Below, piece by piece: positions 15,496 to 25,231 of a stretch of DNA of 40,278 bases (the first letter of the stretch is position 1; each line of letters opens with the position of its first letter). The stretch spans positions 1 through 40,278 of IMG/VR virus record IMGVR_UViG_3300027891_000003, one strand, 5' to 3'. A program made the translations under genes and the position numbers. The stretch comes from a virus. The notes beneath the pieces were generated by a model. It was given only the letters and a program-made list of their open reading frames with translations. It searched no databases and was not told where the DNA came from.

Positions 15496-16581
15496 ATGAG
15501 ACGACCGCTTGCTTTTTGGAGACAGCGTTTTCAGAACCGCCCTCGCACGACCAGAATCTGGCAGCCGCAGATTGTCGATGAAGTTTGCGTCAACGGTTGT
15601 ATTCCCATCGAACATTGGGACGAATGGGAACAGGAAATCAACGAACTGATTTGCGACGAGGCTGCGGAGTTCAATTTTGAAACGTTATGGGAACACGGCG
15701 AGATGCCGGTCTTGCGTTACGACGAAAATTTCGTCCAATGGCGCAACAACGAAATCAAAACGATGGACGAATTGACCGGCGAAGGATTTTGCTTTCTTCC
15801 CTGGGTGGTATTGGAATCACTAGCCCCAATCCCCTCGTCCCTAGCCCCTCTCCTCTACTATTCACAGGGCAATCGGCCTTCGTGCATGGGGCACGCGGAT
15901 GCCTTTGCCGGACATTCGTCCACGCTCATTCAGATGGCTCGCGGGGCACCGCTGGATTACAAGCCGATCAATGCGATTTACACCTGGGCGTTGTCCAAGA
16001 ATGGTTCACTTTCCGGTGGTCAAACGGTCAGCGCAATGGCCGCCGCCGCCAACAAACTCGGTCATTACCCCATCGAGCTTGTCGGTTCAGACAATTTGAA
16101 TTTCAAACAGCCCAATGCCACGCAGGTCGAACAGGCCAAACAGTGGCAATGGGCGATCATGTTTTTGAATTACTCCGGCGACGCCATGGTCAATGAAATT
16201 TTTGACAGTTGCCACGCCGGGATGTCGATTGCCGTGGGCAACTCGCACGCGGTGAGCGGTGCGGAGACCGACCGCAACGGCGTCAAAGTTGCAAAGGTGT
16301 CCGGCAGTTGGGCACACGCCACATCGTTCACCGGATATCGCAAGGTCAACGGCACCGAGTATATCTTTTGGGTTAATTCCCACGGGCCGCGTTACGGCGT
16401 CAGTGACGAAGGCGAACCCGCCGACGGATGCTGGATGGACAAAACACGGTTAGCCGTTTTTGCCAAGTCCATGCCGAGCTATGGTGCCCCCTATATCGTA
16501 TTCCCGGAGTCAACGTGGCAACGGAACACGTCGATCAAACCGGCTGCAAGAATTCCGTTCCCGAAAAATTTCAGGTTCTGA
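15496..16581 (+). CDS. Papain-fold (C1-like) cysteine peptidase
   Basis: YSQGNRPSCMGHADAF (Gln + Cys), GSWAHATSFTGY (His) and FWVNSHGPRYG (Asn-Ser-x-Gly) occur in papain order. Confidence 0.55.
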   Translation: MRRPLAFWRQRFQNRPRTTRIWQPQIVDEVCVNGCIPIEHWDEWEQEINELICDEAAEFNFETLWEHGEMPVLRYDENFVQWRNNEIKTMDELTGEGFCFLPWVVLESLAPIPSSLAPLLYYSQGNRPSCMGHADAFAGHSSTLIQMARGAPLDYKPINAIYTWALSKNGSLSGGQTVSAMAAAANKLGHYPIELVGSDNLNFKQPNATQVEQAKQWQWAIMFLNYSGDAMVNEIFDSCHAGMSIAVGNSHAVSGAETDRNGVKVAKVSGSWAHATSFTGYRKVNGTEYIFWVNSHGPRYGVSDEGEPADGCWMDKTRLAVFAKSMPSYGAPYIVFPESTWQRNTSIKPAARIPFPKNFRF

Positions 16582-16582
16582 A

Positions 16583-17044
16583 ATGCCGGACGGTCACTCT
16601 TTTTTAATGCGTGATTTCAATATTCCCCAGTGCCCAAAATGTAAACCAATGAAAAAAGAAAGTAAAACCATGCCACGAGAACAAACACTCGAACTCGCGC
16701 CGGAAGGCATCATCGATAACATCAAGCAACGCATCATTCGCACAGTGATCTTTTCGCAGAAGCAGCGCATCAAGGAAACGCTGATTTTGATTGTGGAACA
16801 AACGAAAGATTTTACGGTCGAGTTTATTGAAACGAATTGGGACGCAATCTTTGACAAACTCGCTGTGGTGCTCAAGCTCACCGCGATCCCCGGCGACGTC
16901 ACCACGTTCGGCGAACCACTCTATCAATGCGATTTTGACCCGGAAAACGCTGTTTTGGTGCCAGAAGCAAATGCCGAAAGTGTGGACATCATTGTCCAAT
17001 TTATTTTGTTTGTGCTTCCCTACATCGTCAAACTTTTCAAGTAA
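16583..17044 (+). CDS. Hypothetical protein
   Basis: First ATG lies 1 nt after the upstream stop, within ORF 16460-17044. CPKC motif and a hydrophobic C-terminus. Confidence 0.5.
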   Translation: MPDGHSFLMRDFNIPQCPKCKPMKKESKTMPREQTLELAPEGIIDNIKQRIIRTVIFSQKQRIKETLILIVEQTKDFTVEFIETNWDAIFDKLAVVLKLTAIPGDVTTFGEPLYQCDFDPENAVLVPEANAESVDIIVQFILFVLPYIVKLFK

Positions 17045-17050
17045 ATTGAA

Positions 17051-17311
17051 ATGAATATCATTTACAACTATTTTTTTCCGGTTGCATGGTGTTCGGCTGT
17101 ATTAGCGGAAGTGACTCAAATGCCACAGAATGCACCGCATTACACGGCATATGGTCTTTTGTTGTGCGCCGTCGGTTATCTCTGGTGGGACAAAAAAAAT
17201 GACAAGGCCGAAATCCAGCGTTTGCAGGAAAGAGTTTTGCAACTGGAAAACAAGGTCTTTGCAGCCAAAGAAAAAACAATTGAAATATTGCGGGAGGGAA
17301 AATCCCCATGA
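17051..17311 (+). CDS. Membrane protein (2 TM + coiled coil), holin-like
   Basis: Hydrophobic segments FFPVAWCSAVLA and YGLLLCAVGYLWW, then a heptad-like C-terminus. Confidence 0.5.
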   Translation: MNIIYNYFFPVAWCSAVLAEVTQMPQNAPHYTAYGLLLCAVGYLWWDKKNDKAEIQRLQERVLQLENKVFAAKEKTIEILREGKSP

Positions 17312-17589
17312 GAACAATATTCATCATCTTGCTGTCCGTTTCCGCGACATTGATTGTTGTTTCCTTTGTCCGGGACTTGACCACACCGCCACCGCTCTTG
17401 TTGCGGTGTGAAGCCATTGATCTGGAAGGTCTGGTGACGCAGAAAGATTTTCTTCCGATGATCAATGATAAAAATATCATCGTTTGCCCGGAATGCCAGG
17501 TGAAAGTTTTCGAGATCAAAGACCTGATGAAACATGCAAGAGAATTAAAAGAAAAAATGGACGAGGATTCACATGCAAAATATTTTTGA
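17308..17589 (+). CDS. N-terminally anchored membrane protein
   Basis: MRTIFIILLSVSATLIVVSFV, then a soluble domain with CPEC. ATGA overlap with the upstream gene. Confidence 0.5.
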   Translation: MRTIFIILLSVSATLIVVSFVRDLTTPPPLLLRCEAIDLEGLVTQKDFLPMINDKNIIVCPECQVKVFEIKDLMKHARELKEKMDEDSHAKYF

Positions 17590-18001
17590 TGCAACGAAAC
17601 CGGCAACCGTGGTGTTTGACAAGGAATACTGGCTGGCACGGCTTCGGTCAACGAGCGATCCCGAAACGCAGCAGCAGATCATCAACGCGATGATGGCCGC
17701 GTGCAACTCCGGTCGCGCCGCGTTTTTCCGTGGCGAACTCGGTCAGGGGGCATTGGCCGCGCAAGTGGGGATCGGACTCAACGAACCCCTGACGCCGGAG
17801 GATTTCCATGACCTGGTGGGAACGCTGTTCACGCGGCCTTATGCGAACAAACTGCGCATGAACGACGCCGGAATTCCCGATATCCAAACGTTGTTTGACG
17901 CTTACGGTTTTTCGCAGGCCGACCTTACTGAGTTTCCGTTCCTTAAAAACTTCCAATTTTCGCTGAATATCGAAACGCGGTTGATCATCGCCGAAAAATA
18001 A
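17573..18001 (+). CDS. Hypothetical protein
   Basis: 142-aa ORF in the operon; no recognisable motif. Confidence 0.5.
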   Translation: MQNIFDATKPATVVFDKEYWLARLRSTSDPETQQQIINAMMAACNSGRAAFFRGELGQGALAAQVGIGLNEPLTPEDFHDLVGTLFTRPYANKLRMNDAGIPDIQTLFDAYGFSQADLTEFPFLKNFQFSLNIETRLIIAEK

Positions 18002-18033
18002 GAAGTGAGTTATGATCTTGTAACTAAAATACG

Positions 18034-18534
18034 ATGAGTAAAACACGGATTCAAAATGGCGATCTGCTTTTATTCCGACCGACCGGCTGGCTCGGCAAGA
18101 TCGTTGCCTGGGTGACCAAGTCGCAATATTGCCACGTCGCCATCGTTTATGATGATGATATTCTTGAATTTCGTGAATTTGTCGGTCATCGCCAAGTGTC
18201 TTTGCTCGTCGCGGTGGCCAAGTGGGGAGATGTACCCGATGTTTATCGGATCATCGGATATGATCCATCAACGTTTCATCGTGTGGTCAACGCATTCAAT
18301 GCACAAAGCGACGTTCGTTACGGCTGGTTGCACGCTCTGAAAGCCGGAATCACGCGACGATTGCCCAACTGGTTGTTTCGCGAATGTGAAAAGCACCCGC
18401 CGCATTGTTCCGAAGCCGTGTGCCGTGCCTTCCGGCTGGGGGCGGGAATCGTCCTTGTGCCGGGAAAATACGATTGGCGCACCACCCCGGGCGATCTTGC
18501 CAAAAGCATATTCGTTAAAAAGATGGAAAGATAA
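18034..18534 (+). CDS. Permuted papain-like (YiiX/NlpC-P60 superfamily) hydrolase, endolysin candidate
   Basis: GDLLLFRPTGWLGKIVAWVTKSQYCHVAIV (His first), later PPHCSEAVCRAF (Cys). This is the circularly permuted order. Confidence 0.55.
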   Translation: MSKTRIQNGDLLLFRPTGWLGKIVAWVTKSQYCHVAIVYDDDILEFREFVGHRQVSLLVAVAKWGDVPDVYRIIGYDPSTFHRVVNAFNAQSDVRYGWLHALKAGITRRLPNWLFRECEKHPPHCSEAVCRAFRLGAGIVLVPGKYDWRTTPGDLAKSIFVKKMER

Positions 18535-18536
18535 AC

Positions 18537-19670
18537 ATGGCGGACATCACTTGGACTTCAAGCGGAACTTGGCAAGGTGGAGTTGCACCGGGCGTCAATG
18601 ATCGAGCGGTCTTTGACGCGAACAGCGCAGCGTTCACGGCCACGCAAATCGATTCCTGGGGCGGCGTTCTTTTCAACGGCTACGCACAAACATTGGCGCG
18701 AGGTGCGTTTGACTGGAACATCGGTGCGCAGGGCATCACGTGGCAAAGTGGAACGGGAACGTTGAATCTGGGAACATGCACCGTCACCAACAACGGGACG
18801 TTGGCGATCTCCGCACTGCCTGCGGCCCAATTGCTGGCATCGACAGCCAACTGGAAACAGGGCGGCGGCACCGCCACTTCCAAAAACGCGATCACCTTTT
18901 CGACCACACAAACATTTCATCTGTTCCAATTTTTGCCGGGCAGTTATTCCAGTTTGAACAATACCATGACCGTGAACGCCAACATCATTCAGATCGATGG
19001 GGCGATTCATGTCAATGCGGCTTACGTGAATTTTCAGACGACAGGTGCGACGGGGACGCGGAACATCAACGTGGGATCAACGGCGGTCGTGACCGGCAAT
19101 GAACTGCGTCTCATTTATGGACCAACGACAGGAGCCATCACCCTGTCAACGTTCCAAAACAGTTCGCTGGCGATCATTTTGCACACGTCTGTTCCATCGG
19201 GCGTCTATGGAACGAATGTGACGTTGAGGAACTCCACCGCAAGCCCATTAACCATCAGCATGAGTCACTGCGATGTCATGGGCAATCTGATATTGCAATC
19301 CGACGTCGCCCTTATGACGGTGAATGTCTCCAACGTGAATGTTTACGGAAACCTCAACGCGGTCAAAGGCACTACGGCAACGATTGTTGTCAATGGCATC
19401 ATCAACCTGGAGGGAACGGGCAATCAACGTATTGACTTATTGGATGGGACGGTATCCATGAAGTTTAATAAATCGGTGGGGAATATTCAGATTCTTTCCG
19501 GAAATATCAAGCTTGCAGGTGATTCTACCTGTCAGGAAGTTGTCAATGCGTCTTCGCTTGAAATACCAACATCGGCGACAATCGATTGTATTTATACGGC
19601 AATCGGGACGGCCAAGTTTTATGGTGCTGGAACATGGAAAGCAAGAGGTTTGAATCGTGCCCTGGCTTGA
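18537..19670 (+). CDS. Beta-helix repeat protein (PATR/autotransporter-like N-terminal motif), fibre candidate
   Basis: ITWTSSGTWQGGVAPGVNDRAVFD followed by T/N/G/V-rich repeats. Confidence 0.55.
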   Translation: MADITWTSSGTWQGGVAPGVNDRAVFDANSAAFTATQIDSWGGVLFNGYAQTLARGAFDWNIGAQGITWQSGTGTLNLGTCTVTNNGTLAISALPAAQLLASTANWKQGGGTATSKNAITFSTTQTFHLFQFLPGSYSSLNNTMTVNANIIQIDGAIHVNAAYVNFQTTGATGTRNINVGSTAVVTGNELRLIYGPTTGAITLSTFQNSSLAIILHTSVPSGVYGTNVTLRNSTASPLTISMSHCDVMGNLILQSDVALMTVNVSNVNVYGNLNAVKGTTATIVVNGIINLEGTGNQRIDLLDGTVSMKFNKSVGNIQILSGNIKLAGDSTCQEVVNASSLEIPTSATIDCIYTAIGTAKFYGAGTWKARGLNRALA

Positions 19671-21012
19671 TACGATGGCGGTGGAGAATATTGTTCTGGA
19701 AGGGACAGCATCATCAATCCATCTTGATCTGACGGGATCGGGAAGTGTTGATGTCGCGGTGACTTTTTGTCATTCGTTGCAAACAGCAAATCAAGTCATC
19801 TTGATCACCGACCAACATGTGTCCATCCAAGGAAAGCATCTTGGTTCGATCCAACTGATCAATCAAAACAAAACGGCTATCCTGTCTTTATCAGGAGAGA
19901 TGATTGTTTTCAATGGAAAGATCGACTTGACCTTATTTTATGGCTCTTATCAATCAAACGGGTACAGGTATATCACTTTGCCGTTTACCGACGTGTTGGC
20001 CGTGGAAAACATCGAGGTGCAAAACGGATGCGTTCTGGATTTTACCGGTTCGATTTTGCATATCGCCCAAGTGAATGTGACGCTTGACCAAGTACCAGAT
20101 GATGTGACCATCAATACCGGACGTATCGACAAGCTGTCTGGCGCGTCAAAGTCCGGTATATCGTTTGTTAATCAAATCAACGTGCGATTGACGGGTGTAA
20201 TCTTTGGTACACTATTTGCCGATGCTTCCGTGATTGAATCGGCATTCGGCGATGTATTTATCAACAGGTTTGATACGGCTGAAAATTTGACGTTACCGGC
20301 AGGAGTTCGTATCGGGATATTGACCGTCATGGGAAGTGACAATATCACGATCGATCTGTCCGCAACACAACACGCCCAAAAGATGATACTGGACATGGTG
20401 GGAAGTTTGACCGTGATCGTGGCGTCGTTTGGGACGATCAACGATACGAAACTGATTATTTCCGGCCATGCGGAGAGTGTGTATTTTTCTGGAGTTGGCA
20501 CAGTCATTCAGGATGGGCATTTCATCGTCAACGATTTGCAAAAAGACGAAACAATCATTTTTGACACAAGCGGACTTGACTTTTTCAATCATCCGACAGT
20601 CATTTTGGAACTTTCGTCCATTCCGGTCGACGTCTATGGCGTTCCTATTTTTCGGAAAACGAATTTTACAGGAACTATTGCAAGCGACCATCCGAGAATG
20701 ACAGAAATTCGTTTCGATAGTGATATTCCTTTCGCACATATCGGTTTGGGAAATTTACAGTTGGAACGTTATCAAAATTTTCTCCCTGTTTCTACTTCCT
20801 CGACGATGGAATTGATTAACGGAGATGATGATGTTGACGTCAAAACCTACCGCAACACGGGAGTCATGTCATTTCCAGTCAATAATAAAGGAAGTTTGAT
20901 TGCAGCTATCGACACGGGTCCGGCGATCATTGAAAAGTTTGTCATGTATCGCACGATGGATTGGCCATTGAATCAACATGGGTATCCCATTGTGAAAGTG
21001 GTGAGTTCATGA
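19657..21012 (+). CDS. Beta-helix-like structural protein
   Basis: GTG 19657 has AGAGG 8 nt upstream; the alternative is ATG 19675. 451 aa, repetitive and I/V/T/G-rich. Confidence 0.5.
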   Translation: MPWLDTMAVENIVLEGTASSIHLDLTGSGSVDVAVTFCHSLQTANQVILITDQHVSIQGKHLGSIQLINQNKTAILSLSGEMIVFNGKIDLTLFYGSYQSNGYRYITLPFTDVLAVENIEVQNGCVLDFTGSILHIAQVNVTLDQVPDDVTINTGRIDKLSGASKSGISFVNQINVRLTGVIFGTLFADASVIESAFGDVFINRFDTAENLTLPAGVRIGILTVMGSDNITIDLSATQHAQKMILDMVGSLTVIVASFGTINDTKLIISGHAESVYFSGVGTVIQDGHFIVNDLQKDETIIFDTSGLDFFNHPTVILELSSIPVDVYGVPIFRKTNFTGTIASDHPRMTEIRFDSDIPFAHIGLGNLQLERYQNFLPVSTSSTMELINGDDDVDVKTYRNTGVMSFPVNNKGSLIAAIDTGPAIIEKFVMYRTMDWPLNQHGYPIVKVVSS

Positions 21013-21521
21013 GTGAAAAAGTTCAGGAAGTGATAGATGAAATCATCGGCGACACCTTAAAAACATACCGGAAATATTTTCCCAGTCCCATACCACCTGG
21101 CATGGAGTTCGACGACGACTCATTTATCAGAAGTTTTTACAAAAAGTTGATCGATCCCGTGCGCCGGGAGGTGTTTTCCAAGACGGTTTTGTACAAAACA
21201 CTGGAAGGAACATTCCACAAAATCAAAATACAGCCGTGGTCGTACAACAATTTTCAGGGATTGCAACAAATCGGTGAAAATTCCATCAACGAGAACAACT
21301 TCAGGGCGTCGTGGAAGGTTTTGAAAGACGAATTGAACATCGGAATTGACAACAAATTCCGGCATCCGCGAGTTGGCGACCAGATCATCGAGGCCGACGG
21401 CACGATCAACGTTGTCGAACCGTTCATGGGGCAGCCTCATTTCAGTTTTTCTGCGACCAATGCCGCGAAAACAACGCTCATTATTCATTCGCGAGTGCAG
21501 AAACCGTTGAGTGTCACATGA
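21009..21521 (+). CDS. Head-tail connector/adaptor candidate
   Basis: ATGA overlap with the upstream stop. Sits directly before the gp10-like gene. Confidence 0.45.
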   Translation: MSEKVQEVIDEIIGDTLKTYRKYFPSPIPPGMEFDDDSFIRSFYKKLIDPVRREVFSKTVLYKTLEGTFHKIKIQPWSYNNFQGLQQIGENSINENNFRASWKVLKDELNIGIDNKFRHPRVGDQIIEADGTINVVEPFMGQPHFSFSATNAAKTTLIIHSRVQKPLSVT

Positions 21522-22090
21522 GTCATACGCCGATTAAACTGAAAATCATTGACGATAAGGCTGTTACAGATGCAATTCAACGGTCTCCGTGGCTTTTTGA
21601 GAAAATTTTGAAAAAGGAACTGGCCAAAGAAGGCAATGAATTGCGCAAGGACACTTTGAATGAGTTGAAAAAACATCAAAAAGGAAAGTGGATACTTGAG
21701 CAGGTGATTATCACTCGTGTACGAGGAAACATGAAACGTGGATTCATCAGTTTGAGACAGGGAATCAGCGGTAAACTCACGGGAAAAACAGACCGTGGCG
21801 ACCCACAACAATATGGTTATTATATCGAACATGGCAATGAGGGAAAGCGAGAACAGCAAGAAGGAAATGCCAGACTCGTCAAATCTCGAAAAAACAGACA
21901 GCATTTTTACAAAGAGGAATGGCAGCCGATTGAAGTCGTTGCAAGATACTGGCGTGGAGTCGGCTATCAAAGAAAACCGCGCCCATTCATGGAACCTGCT
22001 CGCGAGCGATACATTGACAGCGGACGCGGGGAAGCGGCGATTCAGAAAGCCATTGACGATTTGATTGAAAAATTCAACGCGGGAACTTGA
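21518..22090 (+). CDS. HK97 gp10-like head-tail joining protein
   Basis: YYIEHGNEG...RKPRPFMEPARERY resembles the HK97-gp10 family core (vE.Gt...arPFl.pA). Confidence 0.55.
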   Translation: MSHTPIKLKIIDDKAVTDAIQRSPWLFEKILKKELAKEGNELRKDTLNELKKHQKGKWILEQVIITRVRGNMKRGFISLRQGISGKLTGKTDRGDPQQYGYYIEHGNEGKREQQEGNARLVKSRKNRQHFYKEEWQPIEVVARYWRGVGYQRKPRPFMEPARERYIDSGRGEAAIQKAIDDLIEKFNAGT

Positions 22091-22093
22091 AAC

Positions 22094-22495
22094 ATGCTGA
22101 CGGTGTTGAACTACATCGACACGATCATGGATGCGCTGAGGCAAATTCCGGACGCTTATGTTTCCACGGAACAAATCCAGCAGGATATTGCTGATCCCGT
22201 TTGGAACGGCGTCAACAGCATCACGCTCATCACCGGCGACCTCAATCCGATCAATACGCTGAACGCGGGAACCATTGGGTACAGCACGCAAATCATTGTG
22301 CGCTGCATCAGCGATACGAATGATAATGCGGTCAAACTGGCACGCATCGCGGCGGCGGTCGTTCGCGCGGCCATTCCAATAAACACATTGACTGACGGCA
22401 ATACGGCCATTGCAAGAGTGAGCGACAGCAACAACGCACCTTTTGGTTGGCGTGTGTCCGTTGGTTTCAATTTACACGTTAAAAACTCCATATAG
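22094..22495 (+). CDS. Tail completion/terminator-like protein
   Basis: 133 aa, positioned between the gp10-like and tail tube genes. Confidence 0.45.
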   Translation: MLTVLNYIDTIMDALRQIPDAYVSTEQIQQDIADPVWNGVNSITLITGDLNPINTLNAGTIGYSTQIIVRCISDTNDNAVKLARIAAAVVRAAIPINTLTDGNTAIARVSDSNNAPFGWRVSVGFNLHVKNSI

Positions 22496-22507
22496 AAAGT
22501 CACCATC

Positions 22508-23023
22508 ATGGCCAATGAATTCATTGATGTCCCGTCGTGGACATCGGAAATCGACAATACATTTTTCCTGCAACTGGGAATTTACCTCACATTCACGCCT
22601 CCGGGCAGTTCCGAAGACATGTTGGTGGGATTCAAGCCGACGTCGTTCGGATACGATGGTTGCAGTGCGGACGAAATCGAAGTCAACCATTTTTACTCCA
22701 CGCAAAACTTCAAACAGTTTGTCACCACGATGATCGACGGCGGAACAGTCACCGTGCAGGGGCTGTTCGACCCGCGTTTTCCCGTCCCAAAATTCGCCGG
22801 AACGCGGCAGTCCAGAACGCAGGGAACGTCAGGGGAACTCGTTTGTGCCATGACTGACGAAAGTTTTGAAAAAGGAAAAATGGCGGTGATTTTCAAAGGC
22901 GACGCCAACGTCACCAACTGGGGTGGACTTGAAAACACAGAAGCGGGCGGACTCATCCACCGCAGTTTCACCTTCCATTTCACCGGCGAACCTCACTTCA
23001 ATGCGATTGAATTCACAGAATAG
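22508..23023 (+). CDS. Major tail (tube) protein
   Basis: 171 aa, immediately upstream of the G/GT chaperone pair and the tape measure. Confidence 0.6.
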   Translation: MANEFIDVPSWTSEIDNTFFLQLGIYLTFTPPGSSEDMLVGFKPTSFGYDGCSADEIEVNHFYSTQNFKQFVTTMIDGGTVTVQGLFDPRFPVPKFAGTRQSRTQGTSGELVCAMTDESFEKGKMAVIFKGDANVTNWGGLENTEAGGLIHRSFTFHFTGEPHFNAIEFTE

Positions 23024-23031
23024 TAAAAATC

Positions 23032-23436
23032 ATGCAAAACTTACTGAATAAAATCTCTCAGAAATACGCCCGTAAGGAAATCGAACTCGATCTGACTCCC
23101 TTGTTTGACGAGCCGGTGACGGGCGTCGGTGTGGAACTGTCATGGATTGACCGGCGTCGCGTCATCAAAATGTTTGACGGCAAAGCGGACGGGGACGGCA
23201 ACGGCGACAGTGTCTCCTACTACGAATCGTCCGCGTTGATGCTGATTCTCAGTGTTTACGTCAAAGATGAATCCGGCAATCTTGTCCGATTGTTCCAGGA
23301 CTCGAAAGAGTCTATGGATATGGTTTGCAGGATCATTCAAACAAAAAATCTGGACGTCCTGCTCAAACCGCTCAATCAACTCAATGGATTTATTGCCGAA
23401 GAGGTCAAAGAAGACAAGGCCGAAGAAAAAAACTGA
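23032..23436 (+). CDS. Tail assembly chaperone (gpG-like)
   Basis: Acidic 134-aa protein ending at the slippery site, upstream of the tape measure. Confidence 0.75.
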   Translation: MQNLLNKISQKYARKEIELDLTPLFDEPVTGVGVELSWIDRRRVIKMFDGKADGDGNGDSVSYYESSALMLILSVYVKDESGNLVRLFQDSKESMDMVCRIIQTKNLDVLLKPLNQLNGFIAEEVKEDKAEEKN

Positions 23437-23795
23437 CAGTCGAGGAAGAAATGATCGTGAGTCTCTGTTTGCATTTGAAAAAATTGCCTGAAGAGATTCG
23501 CGGGATGGCTTCCTCGGATTTCGATATGTTTATGCGGGCTTTTGATTACTATTGCAATGATTCCATGAATCCGCTGGTGCGCGAAGACCTTGCCGTTGGT
23601 CGCATCATTAAGTGTTGCAATCAACGCACAAATCTGCAACAGTATGATATTTACCCGCGCTACGGAAAATCCGAGAGTCAACTCATTGAATCCGGGGATT
23701 CCAAAACATTGAACCGTCGCATGAAGAAAAATATCGCCGGGATCGCGAAAGCAGCAGAAGAGTATAAACGAAAGAAACAATCTCGGAAAGAATGA
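23032..23795 (+). CDS. Tail assembly chaperone, -1 frameshift product (gpGT-like)
   Basis: The ORF in the -1 frame (track 23325-23795) stays open from the slippery heptamer to 23795, just before the tape measure start at 23804. Confidence 0.7.
23427..23433 (+). promoter_or_regulatory. Slippery heptamer A_AAA_AAC for programmed -1 frameshift
   Basis: gaA AAA AAC tga in the zero frame; the -1 reading continues as ...KK LTVEEEMIVS. Confidence 0.7.
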
Positions 23796-23803
23796 GGTGA
23801 AAC

Positions 23804-25099
23804 ATGGCACGTCGTGCAATGAGGGTTGCCATTGAAACCGACACTCGCGGCTTTGTCATGGGGATGAACAAGGCCGGGAAGTCGATTGAAGACATGCGCA
23901 GCACAGTGGGCGGAAGCGCAATGGCGATCAAGAATCTTGGCACCTCATTGGACGGACTCACCGGCAACGCACTCGGACTCAGTGCGATCAGTAGCCAGAT
24001 GGGGAAGATCGGAATGCTCACCAAAGGCGTCCATCAGGGATTCACCGCACTGAAAAATATTTCATTTTCCGGCCTGATCGCCGGAATGAGAGGAGTGACG
24101 ACTTCAACAACAGGCGCGACAGCGGCGACACATGGTCTTACAGCGGCCACCGTCGCGTATCAGGCGGTGGCAACGTTAGGGATTGCCGCTGCTATTGCAG
24201 GGATTGTTGCATTTGTGAGTCATATCGGAAAACAGCGTGAAGAAATGGAGCGTTTACGTGAGGAAGAGAATAAGCTAATGCAAGATAGAATGCAAGCGGA
24301 ACAAAATGAACACAAAACATGGATGGATCGAGTGAATCGTTTGACATCAGTCCCACTGACAAAAGAGCAAGAAATAATAAAGATGATTGATGAACGAACA
24401 AAAAAAGAAAAAGAATACCAAAAAGCATTAAAAAATAGAGATTCCATTGAAAGAGCTTTAAAATCTGGTCATACTGCGATGGGATACACAGTTGCAAATC
24501 TAGCTGAAGCAAAGCAAACCGTTTCGAGGCTTGAAACTGAATTGAAAGAATCTGAGGTCCTTGACACCGCTCTTTTAGAAGAACAGAAAAGAATTTTGGA
24601 ACAACAAAAAAAATTACAAAATGACGAAACTCGCAAACGACTCAAGGCGGAAGATGATATCATGAAAAAACGCGCGAGTTTCATCGAAGGAGAGCAGGAA
24701 AAATATGCGAAATATACCAAGACGCAAGAGGAACTGATCACGGCGGAAATCAAAAAACGTCAGGATGCGTATAAAAACTACGTGAAAGAGCTTGCAAAAA
24801 CGGGAGTGAGAATTGGCGCAGAAGAACGCAAGATGGTTTTAGAGGGAATTGCCAAAGACGTTCGCGAGCAAATGACGTCTCAAGAAAGACAAATGAAACA
24901 ACCGGAAATGCAGCAAGCTAACGTCGAGGCGATTATGCGCGGGAGCATGGAGGATTACCGAGCCAGAATGGCAACAACCGATCCGCGTGTTCAACTCGTG
25001 GAAGAGCAGAACAAACAACTGCGCGAACAAAACAGGATGCTTGCCGCGGCATTGCCTGTACTTGTCCAAGCGGCACAAAATATCAATCAAGTAGCATAA
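23804..25099 (+). CDS. Tape measure protein (short, 431 aa)
   Basis: Gly/Ala-rich hydrophobic N-part, then a long K/E/Q coiled coil. Positioned after G/GT. Confidence 0.75.
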   Translation: MARRAMRVAIETDTRGFVMGMNKAGKSIEDMRSTVGGSAMAIKNLGTSLDGLTGNALGLSAISSQMGKIGMLTKGVHQGFTALKNISFSGLIAGMRGVTTSTTGATAATHGLTAATVAYQAVATLGIAAAIAGIVAFVSHIGKQREEMERLREEENKLMQDRMQAEQNEHKTWMDRVNRLTSVPLTKEQEIIKMIDERTKKEKEYQKALKNRDSIERALKSGHTAMGYTVANLAEAKQTVSRLETELKESEVLDTALLEEQKRILEQQKKLQNDETRKRLKAEDDIMKKRASFIEGEQEKYAKYTKTQEELITAEIKKRQDAYKNYVKELAKTGVRIGAEERKMVLEGIAKDVREQMTSQERQMKQPEMQQANVEAIMRGSMEDYRARMATTDPRVQLVEEQNKQLREQNRMLAAALPVLVQAAQNINQVA

Positions 25100-25231
25100 A
25101 TACTACCGAAAGGAAAACCATGAAAAAAAAGGAAATAATAGCAATTTTAAACCAAGCGATTGGTCATGTGCGTGTAACGGATAAACAATATCCTGGAATT
25201 CTTGAGCATAACTTGTACAGAGTCCTTGAAT

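Noticed and set aside
18537-21012. A diversity-generating retroelement targeting the beta-helix/fibre genes
   Set aside because: There is no reverse transcriptase ORF, and I could not find a template/variable repeat pair in the window.
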